Origin: Deltaproteobacteria bacterium TL4
Lineage (GTDB): Bacteria > SAR324 > NAC60-12
Direction: 5' to 3'
DNA: 37,894 bases
Assembly (NCBI GenBank): GCA_051382335.1
Contig: JBBCAX010000285.1
Coordinates: forward strand, 1 to 37,894
Shown here: piece by piece, positions 1-10,353 of the stretch
Layout: each line of letters starts with the position of its first letter
Position numbering within the stretch: position 1 is the stretch's first letter
Translations under genes and position numbers: made by a program
Notes under the pieces: generated by a model
Databases searched by the model: none
Told to the model about the DNA's origin: nothing
Seen by the model: only the letters and a program-made list of their open reading frames with translations

Positions 1-104
1 CAAACAATTTTCTAACAGGCTGAGAAGTCAAAAAAGACGGTATTTAACGGGCGTAGTTGCCAATTGGGAGAGTCGGACAAGATTGAGATTCAAACAAATT
101 CGCG

Positions 105-152
105 GTAGAAGGAGCGTCCCGCTCCTTGAAAGAGGCGAGACGCCTCTTCTAC
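105..152. repeat. REP-like double hairpin (GTAG...CTAC bounded)
   Basis: GTAGAAGGAGCG-TCC-CGCTCCTTG-AAAGAGGCG-AGA-CGCCTCTTCTAC: two hairpins inside an outer GTAGAAG/CTTCTAC inversion. Related copies at 441-490, 6545-6592 and a half copy at 18846-18870. Confidence 0.75.
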
Positions 153-299
153 TGTTTCGTTAAATTTCTCAAACTCTATAGGCTAAATTAGAAAACCCCC
201 TTAGGTATCTCAAGACACTCCCCCATCGGTTGGACGCGCCCCCTGTTGAGTTTTTCCCTAACATGACAAAAACGCTATGTCAAGCGATTGGGACCTGCT

Positions 300-624
300 T
301 CAAATTTTAATTTTTCGGAACAGTTGATTTTTGGACGCTGTCCCTTGCTGAGCCTCCAAACGGTTTTTCTTTTTCTTCCTTGCGTCTTTTTTTAAGACCT
401 GTTCACTTATTAAGTCTAGTGCTCAAGGAAAGTTTTGTCCTGGGAGCGAGGGCCTCTTGCCCTCACCGGAGGGCGGGACGCCCTCCCCCCGAGACAAAAT
501 TTTTCTGGACATCTATAATATTGGTGACGGCTTTGCGCAGGTTTTTGAATTTTTTCAAAGGGATCCCTGTTTCTCGTGTAAATTTCTCAGGTTTTTGGAT
601 TCTCAGTTGATCAAAGCAGCTCAT
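300..624 (-). pseudogene. IS5-family (ISL2-group-like) transposase 5' relic, interrupted by a MITE
   Basis: AAGGAGG RBS then ATG at 624 reads MSCFDQLRIQKPEKFTRETGIPLKKFKNLRKAVTNIID, resembling the N-terminus of ISL2-group transposases (recognised from memory). A possible left end TAGACATCTTTCCAAAA lies at ~723-707. Removing 419-515 restores a 75-aa frame ending at TGA 302-300. Not in the ORF track. Confidence 0.5.
419..513. mobile_element. MITE with TA target duplication enclosing a REP doublet
   Basis: Imperfect 21-bp TIRs GTGCTCAAGGAAAGTTTTGTC / rc GATGTCCAGAAAAATTTTGTC (15/21). TA at 417-418 and 514-515. Core GGAGCGAGGGCCTCTTGCCCTC-ACCG-GAGGGCGGGACGCCCTC. Confidence 0.7.
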
Positions 625-767
625 TGGTCCTCCTTACAATGTATTTGAAATGCTGAAAAGCTGTAAAGGAGGAGGATGCCAGCAAACCCGCAAAATCCAG
701 GTTTTATTTTGGAAAGATGTCTAGTTCCTTGGGAAAGGTTGGTGGCTTGGTTGTTCGTCCCCTCGAG

Positions 768-2027
768 CTACAAGTCTGATTTCTGAGGTAAAGGGGGCAG
801 TTTAATGGAATGATCTGTACTGAGAAGATAATCATTAAAAATATGTTCTGTTGATGGAATTTGATAAGAACCATCCGGTAGTTGATTCGTGGTATCTTTG
901 AGTCGATACACATAGTGACCACAGGTCCAAACATTGTAGTTTAACATTCCAGTACACAAGCAGGTTTTTTCACGCACAGCAAGATTGTCAGAACTTTGAG
1001 CCAGTTCCCGGTTGTAGGCCTCAAGATAGGAACACTTTCCTCCGCCGTCCAAGAGATAGCCGAACGCTTCGCAACCAGGACGAATGTTACTGCCAATCGC
1101 GGGGGACTGCTTCAACATACGCATTAAGTAGCCGGTAGGGGACTGACTGTTGACTTCAACATCCTCTTCACAGGCTTGCAGATATTTTTGTTTTACTTTG
1201 TAGGGAAGACCACATTCTTCCGCAATGGTGAAGCGGGTTGCCACTTGTACCGCGGCGGCGCCTTGATTCAGATATTCCACGGCATCCGTTCCTGTGAAAA
1301 TTCCACCGGCGGGAATGACGGGAATCTCCAAGCCTTCCTGATGAATAAACTCTATGATTTCAAGAACGATATCCTGCAAATTGAACTCCGACCAGTTTTC
1401 TCCAAACCCCAGATGTCCTCCGGCAAGAGGCCCTTCAACAACAATATAGTCGGGCTTCCTTTGCGTACGGGCTGCTCTTTTTAAGAAGGGTTTGAGTGCT
1501 CGTAAGGAAGAGACAATGATCCCCAGTTTTACCTCTTCAAAGCGAGGATGATCTTTGATTAGATCAAAACTACCAAGGTGAAGTCCCGCGCTTAACGTGA
1601 TGCCGTCAATGCCCGCGTCCATTGCCGCGGTCAAGCGTGCTTTTAAAGTGGCTTTGGGATTATTCATGGTCACTTTTTCCATACAATTCACAAAAATCCC
1701 CCCTTCTCCCTTTTTGGCATTCATCGCTTTTTCAACATAAAGTCGAGTAGCGGTGACAATGGTCTCAAGATCAAATTGAACCTCCGATTTGTCAGGATTT
1801 GACGCATAGTCTTTATATTTTTGACGTCTTCCTTTCACAAATTCGGTATTGGTGTGTTTATCGGCAACCGCCGGAATCATTGCATCCGAAATATGGCCTA
1901 TGCCTCCCAAACGCGCGGCTTCCAAGGCCATTTCCGTTGTTGAAATGTCAACACCCATACCTCCGATAAGAAGAGGAATATATTCTTTCTCTCCAAGTAA
2001 TAACCGAAAATCATCAACGCGTCTCAT
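768..2027 (-). CDS. Nitronate monooxygenase / FabK-FabX-family FMN flavoprotein
   Basis: PLLIGGMGVDIS, VVEGPLAGGHLG, PVIPAGGI and VQVATRF motifs, plus C-terminal Cys residues. Start moved to ATG 2027 because a GAAGGA RBS precedes it. Confidence 0.85.
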   Translation of the reverse strand: MRRVDDFRLLLGEKEYIPLLIGGMGVDISTTEMALEAARLGGIGHISDAMIPAVADKHTNTEFVKGRRQKYKDYASNPDKSEVQFDLETIVTATRLYVEKAMNAKKGEGGIFVNCMEKVTMNNPKATLKARLTAAMDAGIDGITLSAGLHLGSFDLIKDHPRFEEVKLGIIVSSLRALKPFLKRAARTQRKPDYIVVEGPLAGGHLGFGENWSEFNLQDIVLEIIEFIHQEGLEIPVIPAGGIFTGTDAVEYLNQGAAAVQVATRFTIAEECGLPYKVKQKYLQACEEDVEVNSQSPTGYLMRMLKQSPAIGSNIRPGCEAFGYLLDGGGKCSYLEAYNRELAQSSDNLAVREKTCLCTGMLNYNVWTCGHYVYRLKDTTNQLPDGSYQIPSTEHIFNDYLLSTDHSIKLPPLPQKSDL

Positions 2028-2155
2028 AAGTAATTCCTTCAGCAATAACGTTATATCGAAGTTCACCCAAGGTTCGAGGGAGAACGAAAACTCTCTTTTT
2101 GAGCCTTCGACCGTAGCGGCAACCGCTCAACGAGGGAGTCTAAGGGCGACTGAGG

Positions 2156-2938
2156 TTATGAAGCCACGATGCTGTAACCACAATCAACGTAGATCACTTG
2201 TCCTGTAATGGCTGAGGCCGCATTGCTGCATAAAAAGGCCGCAGCGTCAGCAACTTCGGATTGATTGACTGTACGCTTTAGGGCGGAATGTTCTCCCGCA
2301 ACTTTGATCATTGCAGAAAAGTCTTTGACGCCCAAGGCGGAAAGAGTACGGATGGCACCCGCGGAAATGGCATTGACTCGAATGTTATCAGGTCCGAATT
2401 CTTTTGCCAGGTAACGGACCGCTGATTCTAATGAGGCTTTTGCGGTTCCCATCACATTATAGTTGGGAACAGCCAGAACAGAGCCAATATAGCTAAACGT
2501 GAGCACACTGCCTCCTCCCTTGTTTTTCATTAAGGGCGCCAGACCCGCGGTTAAAGGAATCAAGGAGTAAGTACTGATTTCTTGAGCTTTAAGAAATCCG
2601 GCACGGGAGGTTTGCGAAAAAGGGTTGTTGAGTTCTTCCGTATTCGCAAAGGCCAAGCAGTGAACCAAAAAATCGATCTCGCCCCAGTGCTCGGTAAGGT
2701 GTTCAATCAGGCTTTGAATTTCCTCATCTTTGGAGACATCACAGGGACGAATCAGAGAAGCGTTGACTTGTTCTCCAAGGTTTCGTACATTGGCTTCGAA
2801 GCGACCTTTGGGTTCTTCCAGGTAGGTCAGGCATAGCTCTGCTCCTTGTTGAAACATCCGTTCTGCAATAGCCCAAGCAATACTACGCTTGTTACCAACG
2901 CCAAGAATAACCCCTTTTTTACCTTTGTAATCAATCAT
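2156..2938 (-). CDS. fabI: Enoyl-ACP reductase (NADH)
   Basis: GVGNKRSIAWAIA, YNVMGTAKASLE, RVNAISAGAIRTL and TGQVIYVDCG motifs; 260 aa. Confidence 0.95.
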   Translation of the reverse strand: MIDYKGKKGVILGVGNKRSIAWAIAERMFQQGAELCLTYLEEPKGRFEANVRNLGEQVNASLIRPCDVSKDEEIQSLIEHLTEHWGEIDFLVHCLAFANTEELNNPFSQTSRAGFLKAQEISTYSLIPLTAGLAPLMKNKGGGSVLTFSYIGSVLAVPNYNVMGTAKASLESAVRYLAKEFGPDNIRVNAISAGAIRTLSALGVKDFSAMIKVAGEHSALKRTVNQSEVADAAAFLCSNAASAITGQVIYVDCGYSIVAS

Positions 2939-3121
2939 GGTAATCCTTTTTAAAATTTTAAATTGTTATAACGGGCAGGTTTCATAATAATTTTCAGGCT
3001 TCTATATTTTTTTGCCTCTGGAGGCCAGGATCTGCGCGGTTCTGAACTCCGAACTAATAAAAACAAAAGAGCTAGAAAAAAGTATCCATTTTTTCTTGAC
3101 CATTACAAAGAAAGAGTTGAG

Positions 3122-3496
3122 ATGTCACCTATCAGAGTTTGTCTTAGTAATATGATTATTTTTGGCTATCATGGGGCCTTAGCTGAGGAAAACGCACTTG
3201 GCCAACGTTTTGAAATTGATTTCGAATTCAAGTATTACGGAGACAGCGCAATTGCCACTGATCAATTGCAGGACACCATTTCCTATGTAGATATTTATCA
3301 CCTGGTTTGTGATACCGTTGCCCATCAACAATACAAACTGCTGGAGACCTTAGGCAATGCGATCATCCAGAAGGTCATCCACCAATATCCAGAAATCCTG
3401 GAGACTCAAATCCGTATTCGAAAACCGGCAGTGCCACTTCCTGGTGTTTTGGATCATGTTGAGGTCGAATTATCCTGGACGTCTCCGAACAAATAA
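3122..3496 (+). CDS. folB: Dihydroneopterin aldolase
   Basis: FGYHGALAEENALGQRFEID, DTISYVD, LLETL and IRKPAVP motifs. Confidence 0.93.
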   Translation: MSPIRVCLSNMIIFGYHGALAEENALGQRFEIDFEFKYYGDSAIATDQLQDTISYVDIYHLVCDTVAHQQYKLLETLGNAIIQKVIHQYPEILETQIRIRKPAVPLPGVLDHVEVELSWTSPNK

Positions 3497-3542
3497 CACG
3501 GTCCGTTGCTAATGCGGAACAGAGGACTTCTTATGTTCTGAA

Positions 3543-4400
3543 TCAGGTATGCTCTCCCAAGGCTTGTCCCATCTGTACTTTCTGTCTAATCAGGACCTTC
3601 CATTGGATCTGCTTCGATTGAAAAAGGCACACTACCGTGGATCCTAATTCAAAAACACCCAATTCATCGCCACGCTTCACCGTAAAAGGTTGAGCTAAGT
3701 GAATATCCTGACGCCGTGCCCCAGCAAAATTCGATTCTATGGAGTGGTATTTGACACGAATTTTCCCAACAACCGTCGCCCCTACTTTAACCATTGCAGA
3801 CTCACCTTGAGTGCTTTTGATATAGGAGATCAGGCGCTCATTTCGTGTAAATAAATTAGGTACGAAATTGACGCCCAAGGAACTGACCGTCCAGAGATCT
3901 CCAGGAATATAAGTCGCGTGTTGAATGGTTCCATCAACCATACTGTGTATTCGATGATAATTATCGGGAGCCAAGTAGATGGTGATATAGCTTCCGCCCT
4001 CATAAGATTGAGCTTTAGAAACATCCCCGAGTAAATCCGCAACGGTGTAGTATAAACCTTTGGCTTGAATCAGGTTGCCTCCCTCAATCGTGCCGATTTG
4101 CCCAACGGTTCCATCAACAGGACAAACCAGGGATCCCGGTGAGGGGTCCACCTTGCGAGCCTCAGGTTTTAAAGGTCGGGTGAAGAATTCATTGAACGTC
4201 TTATAGTCCGCGATCGGTATGGAGTACTCCGTCATGTCGATTTTGAAGAACCAAACAAAACCGTGAATCGTCGGACGCAACACAAAGCCCGGCAAATGAA
4301 GCTCAGCAACAAAGCCGCACAAGCGACTAAACAGATTTTTGGGTAACAGAACCAACAAGTAATAGCTGAAAGGACGATGGCCTGGGGATTCAGATGACAT
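3543..4400 (-). CDS. psd: Phosphatidylserine decarboxylase proenzyme
   Basis: FNEFFTRPLK, PVDG, YLAPDNYHRIH, RNER and the LGST autocleavage motif. ATG overlaps the ftsH stop (TAATG). Confidence 0.95.
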   Translation of the reverse strand: MSSESPGHRPFSYYLLVLLPKNLFSRLCGFVAELHLPGFVLRPTIHGFVWFFKIDMTEYSIPIADYKTFNEFFTRPLKPEARKVDPSPGSLVCPVDGTVGQIGTIEGGNLIQAKGLYYTVADLLGDVSKAQSYEGGSYITIYLAPDNYHRIHSMVDGTIQHATYIPGDLWTVSSLGVNFVPNLFTRNERLISYIKSTQGESAMVKVGATVVGKIRVKYHSIESNFAGARRQDIHLAQPFTVKRGDELGVFELGSTVVCLFQSKQIQWKVLIRQKVQMGQALGEHT

Positions 4401-6220
4401 TATCCCTCTGCTTGTGTTTGAAGTTTAGGAGACGTTCCCAGAAGACTCAAAATACGGGAACCGTCGATGGTCTCTTCTTCAATTAAAATCCGTGCTACGG
4501 TATGCAGTGTATCAATATGGTTCAACAACATTTGTTTCGCTTTTAGATAATGGGTATTCACCGTTTTCCGCATCTCCCGGTCTATTTGTAATGCCGTCGC
4601 TTCACTGTATTCCCGTTCTTTGCCAATCTCTCGACCCAAAACATTCTGTTGCTCTTCACTGTCTATCGTAATAGGTCCCAGAATCTCACTCATGCCATAG
4701 CGGCAAATCATGTCCCGAACCGTATTGGTTGCTTGCTGCAGATCATTGCTGGCACCTGTCGTAAGCTCCTGAAAAATGATTTCTTCTGCCGCTCTTCCTC
4801 CCATCGCGATAGTGACATTATTCAACAGGAATTCCATATCATAATTGCGATGATCATTTTCCGGCAAAAAAGACGTGAGTCCTAAAGCTCGACCACGAGG
4901 AACAATGGTGACTTTGTGAACAGGATGGGTATCGACAACGAGTAAGGATGAGACCAAGGCATGCCCTGCTTCATGATAAGCGGTACTGCATTTTTCTTTT
5001 TCAGACATCACCATGGATTTTCTCTCGGGTCCCATCAGGATTTTGTCTCTCGCCCATTCCAGGTCTTCAAGACCGATGCTTTGTTTATTTTTTCGTGCGG
5101 CTCCAAGCGCAGCTTCATTGACGAGGTTTTTCAAATCCGCGCCAGAAAATCCCGGTGTCCCTTTCGCAATCGTCCCGAGTTCTGTATTTTCCTCAAGAAT
5201 GACCTTTTTCGCATGAATACCCAAGATTGCGGTACGCCCTTTAATATCCGGTAGGGGAACTTGAACTTGACGGTCAAAGCGCCCTGGTCTTAGTAATGCG
5301 GGGTCCAAAACATCAGGACGGTTGGTTGCCGCAATGACGATAATGCCTTCTGTTGAATCAAAACCATCCATTTCAACGAGTAATTGATTCAGGGTTTGTT
5401 CACGTTCATCATTACTGCTTCCTAAGCCGCTGCCCCGATGACGTCCAACCGCGTCAATTTCGTCAATAAATAAAATACACGGCGTGTTGCGTCGACCCTC
5501 TTCAAACAGATCACGAACTCGACTGGCACCAACGCCCACAAACATTTCGACAAAATCAGAGCCGCTGATACTGAAAAAAGGGACACCGGCTTCTCCGGCA
5601 ACAGCCTTGGCTAATAATGTTTTGCCCGTTCCAGGGTTCCCTGACATGAGAACTCCGTTAGGAATTCGTCCTCCCAGCTTACGGAATTTCTCAGGAGATT
5701 TCAGAAATTCGATAATTTCACGCAATTCATCTTTGGCTTCTTCTACCCCGGCCACATTTTCAAAGGTGATTCGTTTCTGCGTCGGGTCAATACGTTGAGC
5801 CCGGCTCCTGCCCAGTGAAAAGAGTTTCCCGGCGCCTCCCTGCATACGACGCATGAGAAAAATCCAGATCACAAAAATTAATATAAAAGGCCCCCAATGA
5901 ATGAGGATATTGATATACCAGGGTGGACCGGTATCAGGAACGTAGTTGACCTGGACTTGATTTTTCAGCAGGTAATCCATCAAATTGGGATCGTTTTGAG
6001 GAACATTGGTTCGATAGGTTGATCCGTCAGTCAAAAACCCCTCGATCACTGAATCGCCCATAAGCTGCGCGCTAACGACTCCTGCGGTCTTGACTTGACT
6101 CATAAAATCGCTGTAAATCAATTCCCGCGAAGTTGATGGTGTCGGGGCACTAAAAAGGTTGACCAATAACACGGCCAAGATCAGAATGATAATACCAATC
6201 ATTAAGTTTTCATTTTTCAA
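4400..6220 (-). CDS. ftsH: ATP-dependent zinc metalloprotease FtsH
   Basis: Two TM segments, Walker A GNPGTGKT, Walker [30 protein letters not shown] and HEAGH. Confidence 0.97.
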   Translation of the reverse strand: MKNENLMIGIIILILAVLLVNLFSAPTPSTSRELIYSDFMSQVKTAGVVSAQLMGDSVIEGFLTDGSTYRTNVPQNDPNLMDYLLKNQVQVNYVPDTGPPWYINILIHWGPFILIFVIWIFLMRRMQGGAGKLFSLGRSRAQRIDPTQKRITFENVAGVEEAKDELREIIEFLKSPEKFRKLGGRIPNGVLMSGNPGTGKTLLAKAVAGEAGVPFFSISGSDFVEMFVGVGASRVRDLFEEGRRNTPCILFIDEIDAVGRHRGSGLGSSNDEREQTLNQLLVEMDGFDSTEGIIVIAATNRPDVLDPALLRPGRFDRQVQVPLPDIKGRTAILGIHAKKVILEENTELGTIAKGTPGFSGADLKNLVNEAALGAARKNKQSIGLEDLEWARDKILMGPERKSMVMSEKEKCSTAYHEAGHALVSSLLVVDTHPVHKVTIVPRGRALGLTSFLPENDHRNYDMEFLLNNVTIAMGGRAAEEIIFQELTTGASNDLQQATNTVRDMICRYGMSEILGPITIDSEEQQNVLGREIGKEREYSEATALQIDREMRKTVNTHYLKAKQMLLNHIDTLHTVARILIEEETIDGSRILSLLGTSPKLQTQAEG

Positions 6221-6320
6221 GTTTGCTCCTGTATTTGGGGTTTCTAAACCTCAGTTCAATTACATTAGTGACTATCCCGAGCCTTGTCCCAAGACCTTTG
6301 CCACCAGATCTGAAAATTGA

Positions 6321-6497
6321 TTAACGATCTTCTCCCCATAAATAGAGGTGAAGGAGTCGTGTTAATTTTGCTGTGCTCCACAATCCCAGAAAAGAAAGAC
6401 CTACCGACAATGAGGCCAAACGTAACGCCGCAGGTTCGCCACCAAGTTGTTGAATGCTGGTAAATAAGGCTAACGGAAGCGTCGCGGTTTCTCCTGG
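6321..6497 (-). pseudogene. modB: 3' fragment of molybdate ABC permease ModB
   Basis: A start-less frame reads PGETATLPLALFTSIQQLGGEPAALRLASLSVGLSFLGLWSTAKLTRLL...stop at 6321. This matches the ModB C-terminus pattern PGET.T.P.A..T.IQ..GGE..A.RL. An in-frame TGA precedes it at 6500-6498. Confidence 0.7.
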
Positions 6498-6544
6498 TCA
6501 ACTGTTCCGAACCGGTAAATTTAAAAAAAAATTTGCCCCAAATG

Positions 6545-6592
6545 ATAGGGAGAGCGTCCCACTCTCCAGCAAGGGCGAGACGCCCTTGCTAC
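6545..6592. repeat. REP-like double hairpin, same family as 105-152
   Basis: GGAGAGCGTCCCACTCTCC-AGCAAGGGCG-AGA-CGCCCTTGCTAC; shares the GCGTCCC and GGCGAGACGCC cores with compensatory stem changes. Confidence 0.72.
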
Positions 6593-6781
6593 TACCAGGA
6601 AATATAGAGAGGATACTCAAAACCGAACAAAAATCATGCCACAAGAACAAACTTTTCTGAGTATCTGAATATAAAACACACCCATCGTAGCATCACTACA
6701 GTGGTTTTTCCAGAACCAATTTGGGTAAGTCATAATTTTTTGAAAAGACTTGTCATCCGTTCTTTTATTTGATAGTTACTG

Positions 6782-6818
6782 CTCCCGTTTGTTAAACGGG
6801 AGGATGGTGCAGAACCAT
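6782..6818 (+). promoter_or_regulatory. Two hairpins upstream of trxA
   Basis: Perfect CTCCCGTTT-GTT-AAACGGGAG (6782-6802) followed by ATGGT-GCAGA-ACCAT, ~30 nt before the ATG. Function unknown. Confidence 0.3.
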
Positions 6819-6850
6819 ACGGAACAAAAAATAATGTTGAGGAGATTGAT

Positions 6851-7177
6851 ATGGCAAGTGATAAGGTAATTCATTTGACGGACGCAACGTTTGATCAGCA
6901 GATTCAGTCAGGGTTGACTTTAGTTGATTTTTGGGCCGAATGGTGTGGTCCCTGTAAAGCGCTGGCGCCAACGATTGAGGCTCTGGCAGAAACCTATGAC
7001 GGCAAAATCAAAGTTTGTAAGTTGGATGTTGATTCGAACCAACAAGCGGCCGCGCGCTTCGGCATACGCGGGATTCCAACGGTGATGTTGTTTAAAGATG
7101 GGCGACAAGCTGATATATTAACAGGAAATGATCCTCAGCGTGTTAAAGCGATGGTTTCCAAAGCGATTGCTGGTTAA
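6851..7177 (+). CDS. trxA: Thioredoxin
   Basis: VDFWAEWCGPCK active site, GIPT motif, GAGGAG RBS; 108 aa. Confidence 0.96.
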   Translation: MASDKVIHLTDATFDQQIQSGLTLVDFWAEWCGPCKALAPTIEALAETYDGKIKVCKLDVDSNQQAAARFGIRGIPTVMLFKDGRQADILTGNDPQRVKAMVSKAIAG

Positions 7178-7194
7178 CTTCGATTGAAAGAATA

Positions 7195-7998
7195 ATGTAC
7201 GTGGCAGAAACTCCACAAAATTGGCTTTTATTACTTTCTTATGAGGGGACCTCCTATCACGGATGGCAGATTCAACCTCAATGTAATACTATTGAAGGCG
7301 AACTGGAAAAAGCAATTCTTCGATTGACACAAGAATCCGTTAAGGTGCTCGGAGCAGGACGAACCGACGCCGGGGTTCATGCGCTTAATCAGACCGCCAG
7401 TTTTTGCTCCAACGCGTCTTTTACCGCAGCTCAATGGCAAAGGGCCTTGAATAGCCTTTTGCCTTCCTCCATTGTTGTCAAACACGTTCTTTCTGTTCCA
7501 GAAACCTTTCATGCTCGCCACAGTGCGGTAGGTAAGCGTTATCGCTATCTCATCTACAACAGGCCTTATCCCTCTCCCTTTGCGTGTCATTCCAGCTGGT
7601 GGATCCCTCGTGCGTTAGATCTCTCCGCAATGAGACAGGCGGCCTCTTTTCTGCTTGGAGAGCACGATTTTTCATCCTTTCGTGCGGCAAGCTGTTCTTC
7701 GCCTTCTCCAAGAAAACAGATGCGTTCCATCACGATCACAGAAATCCAAGCCCCTTATGCCTCCTTGAGTGTGGAGCTGGAAGCCAACTCGTTTTTGCAG
7801 CATATGGTACGGATTATTACCGGGACGCTGGTGGAAGCGGGTTTAAAAAAACGGACTCCTGAGTCGATGCAGATGCTGCTTGAGGCAAAAGACAGAACAC
7901 AAGGCGGAATGACAGCTCCTGCCTGTGGCTTGTATGTGCTGGAAGTTCAATATCCTGAAGGTGAATTGGAATGGCCAACTCAAGTTATTGATATTTAA
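7195..7998 (+). CDS. truA: tRNA pseudouridine(38-40) synthase
   Basis: YEGTSYHGWQIQ, GAGRTDAGVHA, FHAR, GEHDFSSF and FLQHMVRII motifs. Confidence 0.96.
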   Translation: MYVAETPQNWLLLLSYEGTSYHGWQIQPQCNTIEGELEKAILRLTQESVKVLGAGRTDAGVHALNQTASFCSNASFTAAQWQRALNSLLPSSIVVKHVLSVPETFHARHSAVGKRYRYLIYNRPYPSPFACHSSWWIPRALDLSAMRQAASFLLGEHDFSSFRAASCSSPSPRKQMRSITITEIQAPYASLSVELEANSFLQHMVRIITGTLVEAGLKKRTPESMQMLLEAKDRTQGGMTAPACGLYVLEVQYPEGELEWPTQVIDI

Positions 7999-8159
7999 GT
8001 TCTATTAATAAAAACCGCATTAATTATTGAATAACTCTTGAAAGCTCCTCATAAATTTAGCACAAGTAAGAAGGGCAATGGTTCAATCGAAGCATTGAAA
8101 ATGATAAGCTTAGGCAGAATTTAGGATGGCTTGTTCTGAAAAATAATTAATGGAAAAAC

Positions 8160-10343
8160 ATGGATACCAGTCAACTCATTGTTGAAGCCGCAGAAATTGT
8201 TGTGGATGTACAAAAGGATCTCATTCCTTTAGACAACTTGTTCGGCGACGCCCAAAAGCGTGCGACTTCCATCAATAATTGCCTGAGGTTCATTCGTACC
8301 AGTGAAAAAAAACTTTTTGCGATTCAGCAAAAGTTGATGAGTGATACCCCTCAAGAAAAAGAAAACCAAGCGTTCCTCAAGCCCTATCCCCCGGATATTA
8401 ATTTATTGAACGTCGAACTTTTGAGAATTGCGGAAAATAATGCACCCCATGTTTTTCAGGAATTTGTTCAACCGGCCTTAAGAGCGGAACGGCAGAGAGA
8501 ACAAGCCAATGCGGCGGCAAAAAAAGTCAAAGGAGATCCCGTTGACCCCGGTATGGTAATTCACTGGATTCCACGGCTAGTGGATGCTGTGATTTTTTTA
8601 CATGCGCCTTTTGAAATATTCCCTTTTTTGAACACTGTCTGTGAAATGGTCTGTTTGATTGAGGAGGAAGATCGTCGGTTGTATCTATTGAATTACATGG
8701 AACGCTGGCTGTATAAATTTACGGATTTTTTGCATTCTTTTTCCAAGACCATGCATCACACACTATTAACGATTACTTTTATTAAAAAAAAGGAACATTA
8801 CCCCGTGATTCTGGAAGTCCTCAAGTTTTTACATATTGAAGAGAATTGGGAGGGGTCCGCGGCACAGATTCAGCGCTATAATGTGGTCCGGCTCTTTCTG
8901 CTCTTCAAGAATGTGCTGTATCTGCATCTGCACAGTAAAACGCCAGTCCCTCCTGATTTGAGCGCGATCCTTTCGGAATTCACACACCCTTTTATTGTGG
9001 AAGACCTTGATGTCGCGGACAATAACTTAATGATTATCGCTTTGGGGTACTATAATGAGCCACAACGGTTTCAGTTTCTTGCCAATCTGAAAAAATATCG
9101 ATTAGAAAAATTTATTGAGCTTTATCAACAACTTTTGATTCTTTCGGAAGCGAATTCTACGCAACCTGAAAGTTTCAAGCAACTGTATTTAACGATCGTA
9201 AAAACGATGAATCGGATCATCAAAAAATCACATTTACTGACGGATCCTAAAATATCTGAAACGTTACGTTCCATTTTGAGGAGAGAGGTCAGTCGTCAAA
9301 TCTTGGTGGAAAAAAACGTAAAAAAGCCTGTGGAGGAGGCGGCAAATCCTCGTGTGAAACGCTTGAGCCCTATGGAAAAACTGGCTCAACTCAAAGCCAG
9401 AGCCGTTAGTGAAACGGAAGCTGGTGCTCCTGTCAGCGAAGCCAAACAGGTTGAACGTTTGGGCGATATCGTTACAGTTTCTCCGCCGCCGCCAACGACG
9501 CCCGTCGACGTTTATCAGGATATTCCCAGGCAACGGAATTATGAGCACGTCCAAGAGGTCCATTTTGCCCTTTATCCTGAAAACGTCAGTAGTTTGGTTG
9601 CCTGGTCCTTTAAAGAGGTCATGATTTTTCAACCGGATGATACACTTTATTACTTACTCAATAATTTCAAAGTGACAGGGACACTTAAATTCCGGGAAAT
9701 GCTGGAATTTGTAAGGATTCCCTTTCGCGTGGAATATTTGACGACCAGTAAAGAACGGTATATTCGCTTTGTTAATTTTGCGCATTTGATTGCGATGCAG
9801 ACCACCGAGGAGGTATTGACGTACGTGTTGGCGGCACTCTGTCAATCCGGGCAGTTGCTGAAAGAAGAAGCGGATTTGATCCAAAAACTCTTTCCTCAAC
9901 TACTGTTGGATGAAAATTTAGGGCCTTTGAAAAAGGTGGTGTTGATTCATCAAAGCTATATTGCTGGAGGTCAAATCAATCCCCGGATCTTTTTTGAAAA
10001 TTACGAGCTGGTCGCAGAGAAAATGATGGGGCACTACCCTTATTTTCAACAGATCATCAGCTATTGGAATTTTATGGATCAGACCTTGAGGTCCATTGCC
10101 AAAAAATTGGAACGGGATGCGTGTGAATTAGGCTATGGCTCTCTGTCAACAGAACGTTTGGAAATGTATCTGGCACGAAATCAAATGGATTTGTATAACC
10201 GGATCGTTAAGGATTTAAAAAATCAGTACCACTCTACTTTCTTATATAAATACCTTGCTCCCAAATTAAACGATATCCTGGAACATCGGATTACTCCCGA
10301 TTTGATGAGTTTGCTCACAAGAGCGGTAATTCAATTTTACTAG
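8160..10343 (+). CDS. Large uncharacterised, predominantly helical protein
   Basis: 727-aa ORF; two regions joined by a Pro/Ala-rich linker (SPPPPTTP); no recognisable motif. Confidence 0.8.
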   Translation: MDTSQLIVEAAEIVVDVQKDLIPLDNLFGDAQKRATSINNCLRFIRTSEKKLFAIQQKLMSDTPQEKENQAFLKPYPPDINLLNVELLRIAENNAPHVFQEFVQPALRAERQREQANAAAKKVKGDPVDPGMVIHWIPRLVDAVIFLHAPFEIFPFLNTVCEMVCLIEEEDRRLYLLNYMERWLYKFTDFLHSFSKTMHHTLLTITFIKKKEHYPVILEVLKFLHIEENWEGSAAQIQRYNVVRLFLLFKNVLYLHLHSKTPVPPDLSAILSEFTHPFIVEDLDVADNNLMIIALGYYNEPQRFQFLANLKKYRLEKFIELYQQLLILSEANSTQPESFKQLYLTIVKTMNRIIKKSHLLTDPKISETLRSILRREVSRQILVEKNVKKPVEEAANPRVKRLSPMEKLAQLKARAVSETEAGAPVSEAKQVERLGDIVTVSPPPPTTPVDVYQDIPRQRNYEHVQEVHFALYPENVSSLVAWSFKEVMIFQPDDTLYYLLNNFKVTGTLKFREMLEFVRIPFRVEYLTTSKERYIRFVNFAHLIAMQTTEEVLTYVLAALCQSGQLLKEEADLIQKLFPQLLLDENLGPLKKVVLIHQSYIAGGQINPRIFFENYELVAEKMMGHYPYFQQIISYWNFMDQTLRSIAKKLERDACELGYGSLSTERLEMYLARNQMDLYNRIVKDLKNQYHSTFLYKYLAPKLNDILEHRITPDLMSLLTRAVIQFY

Positions 10344-10353
10344 AAAAAGGGTT

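Noticed and set aside
6265..6660. ORFs 6265-6501 and 6454-6660 as real genes
   Set aside because: No recognisable content; the signal is the modB frame and a REP element.
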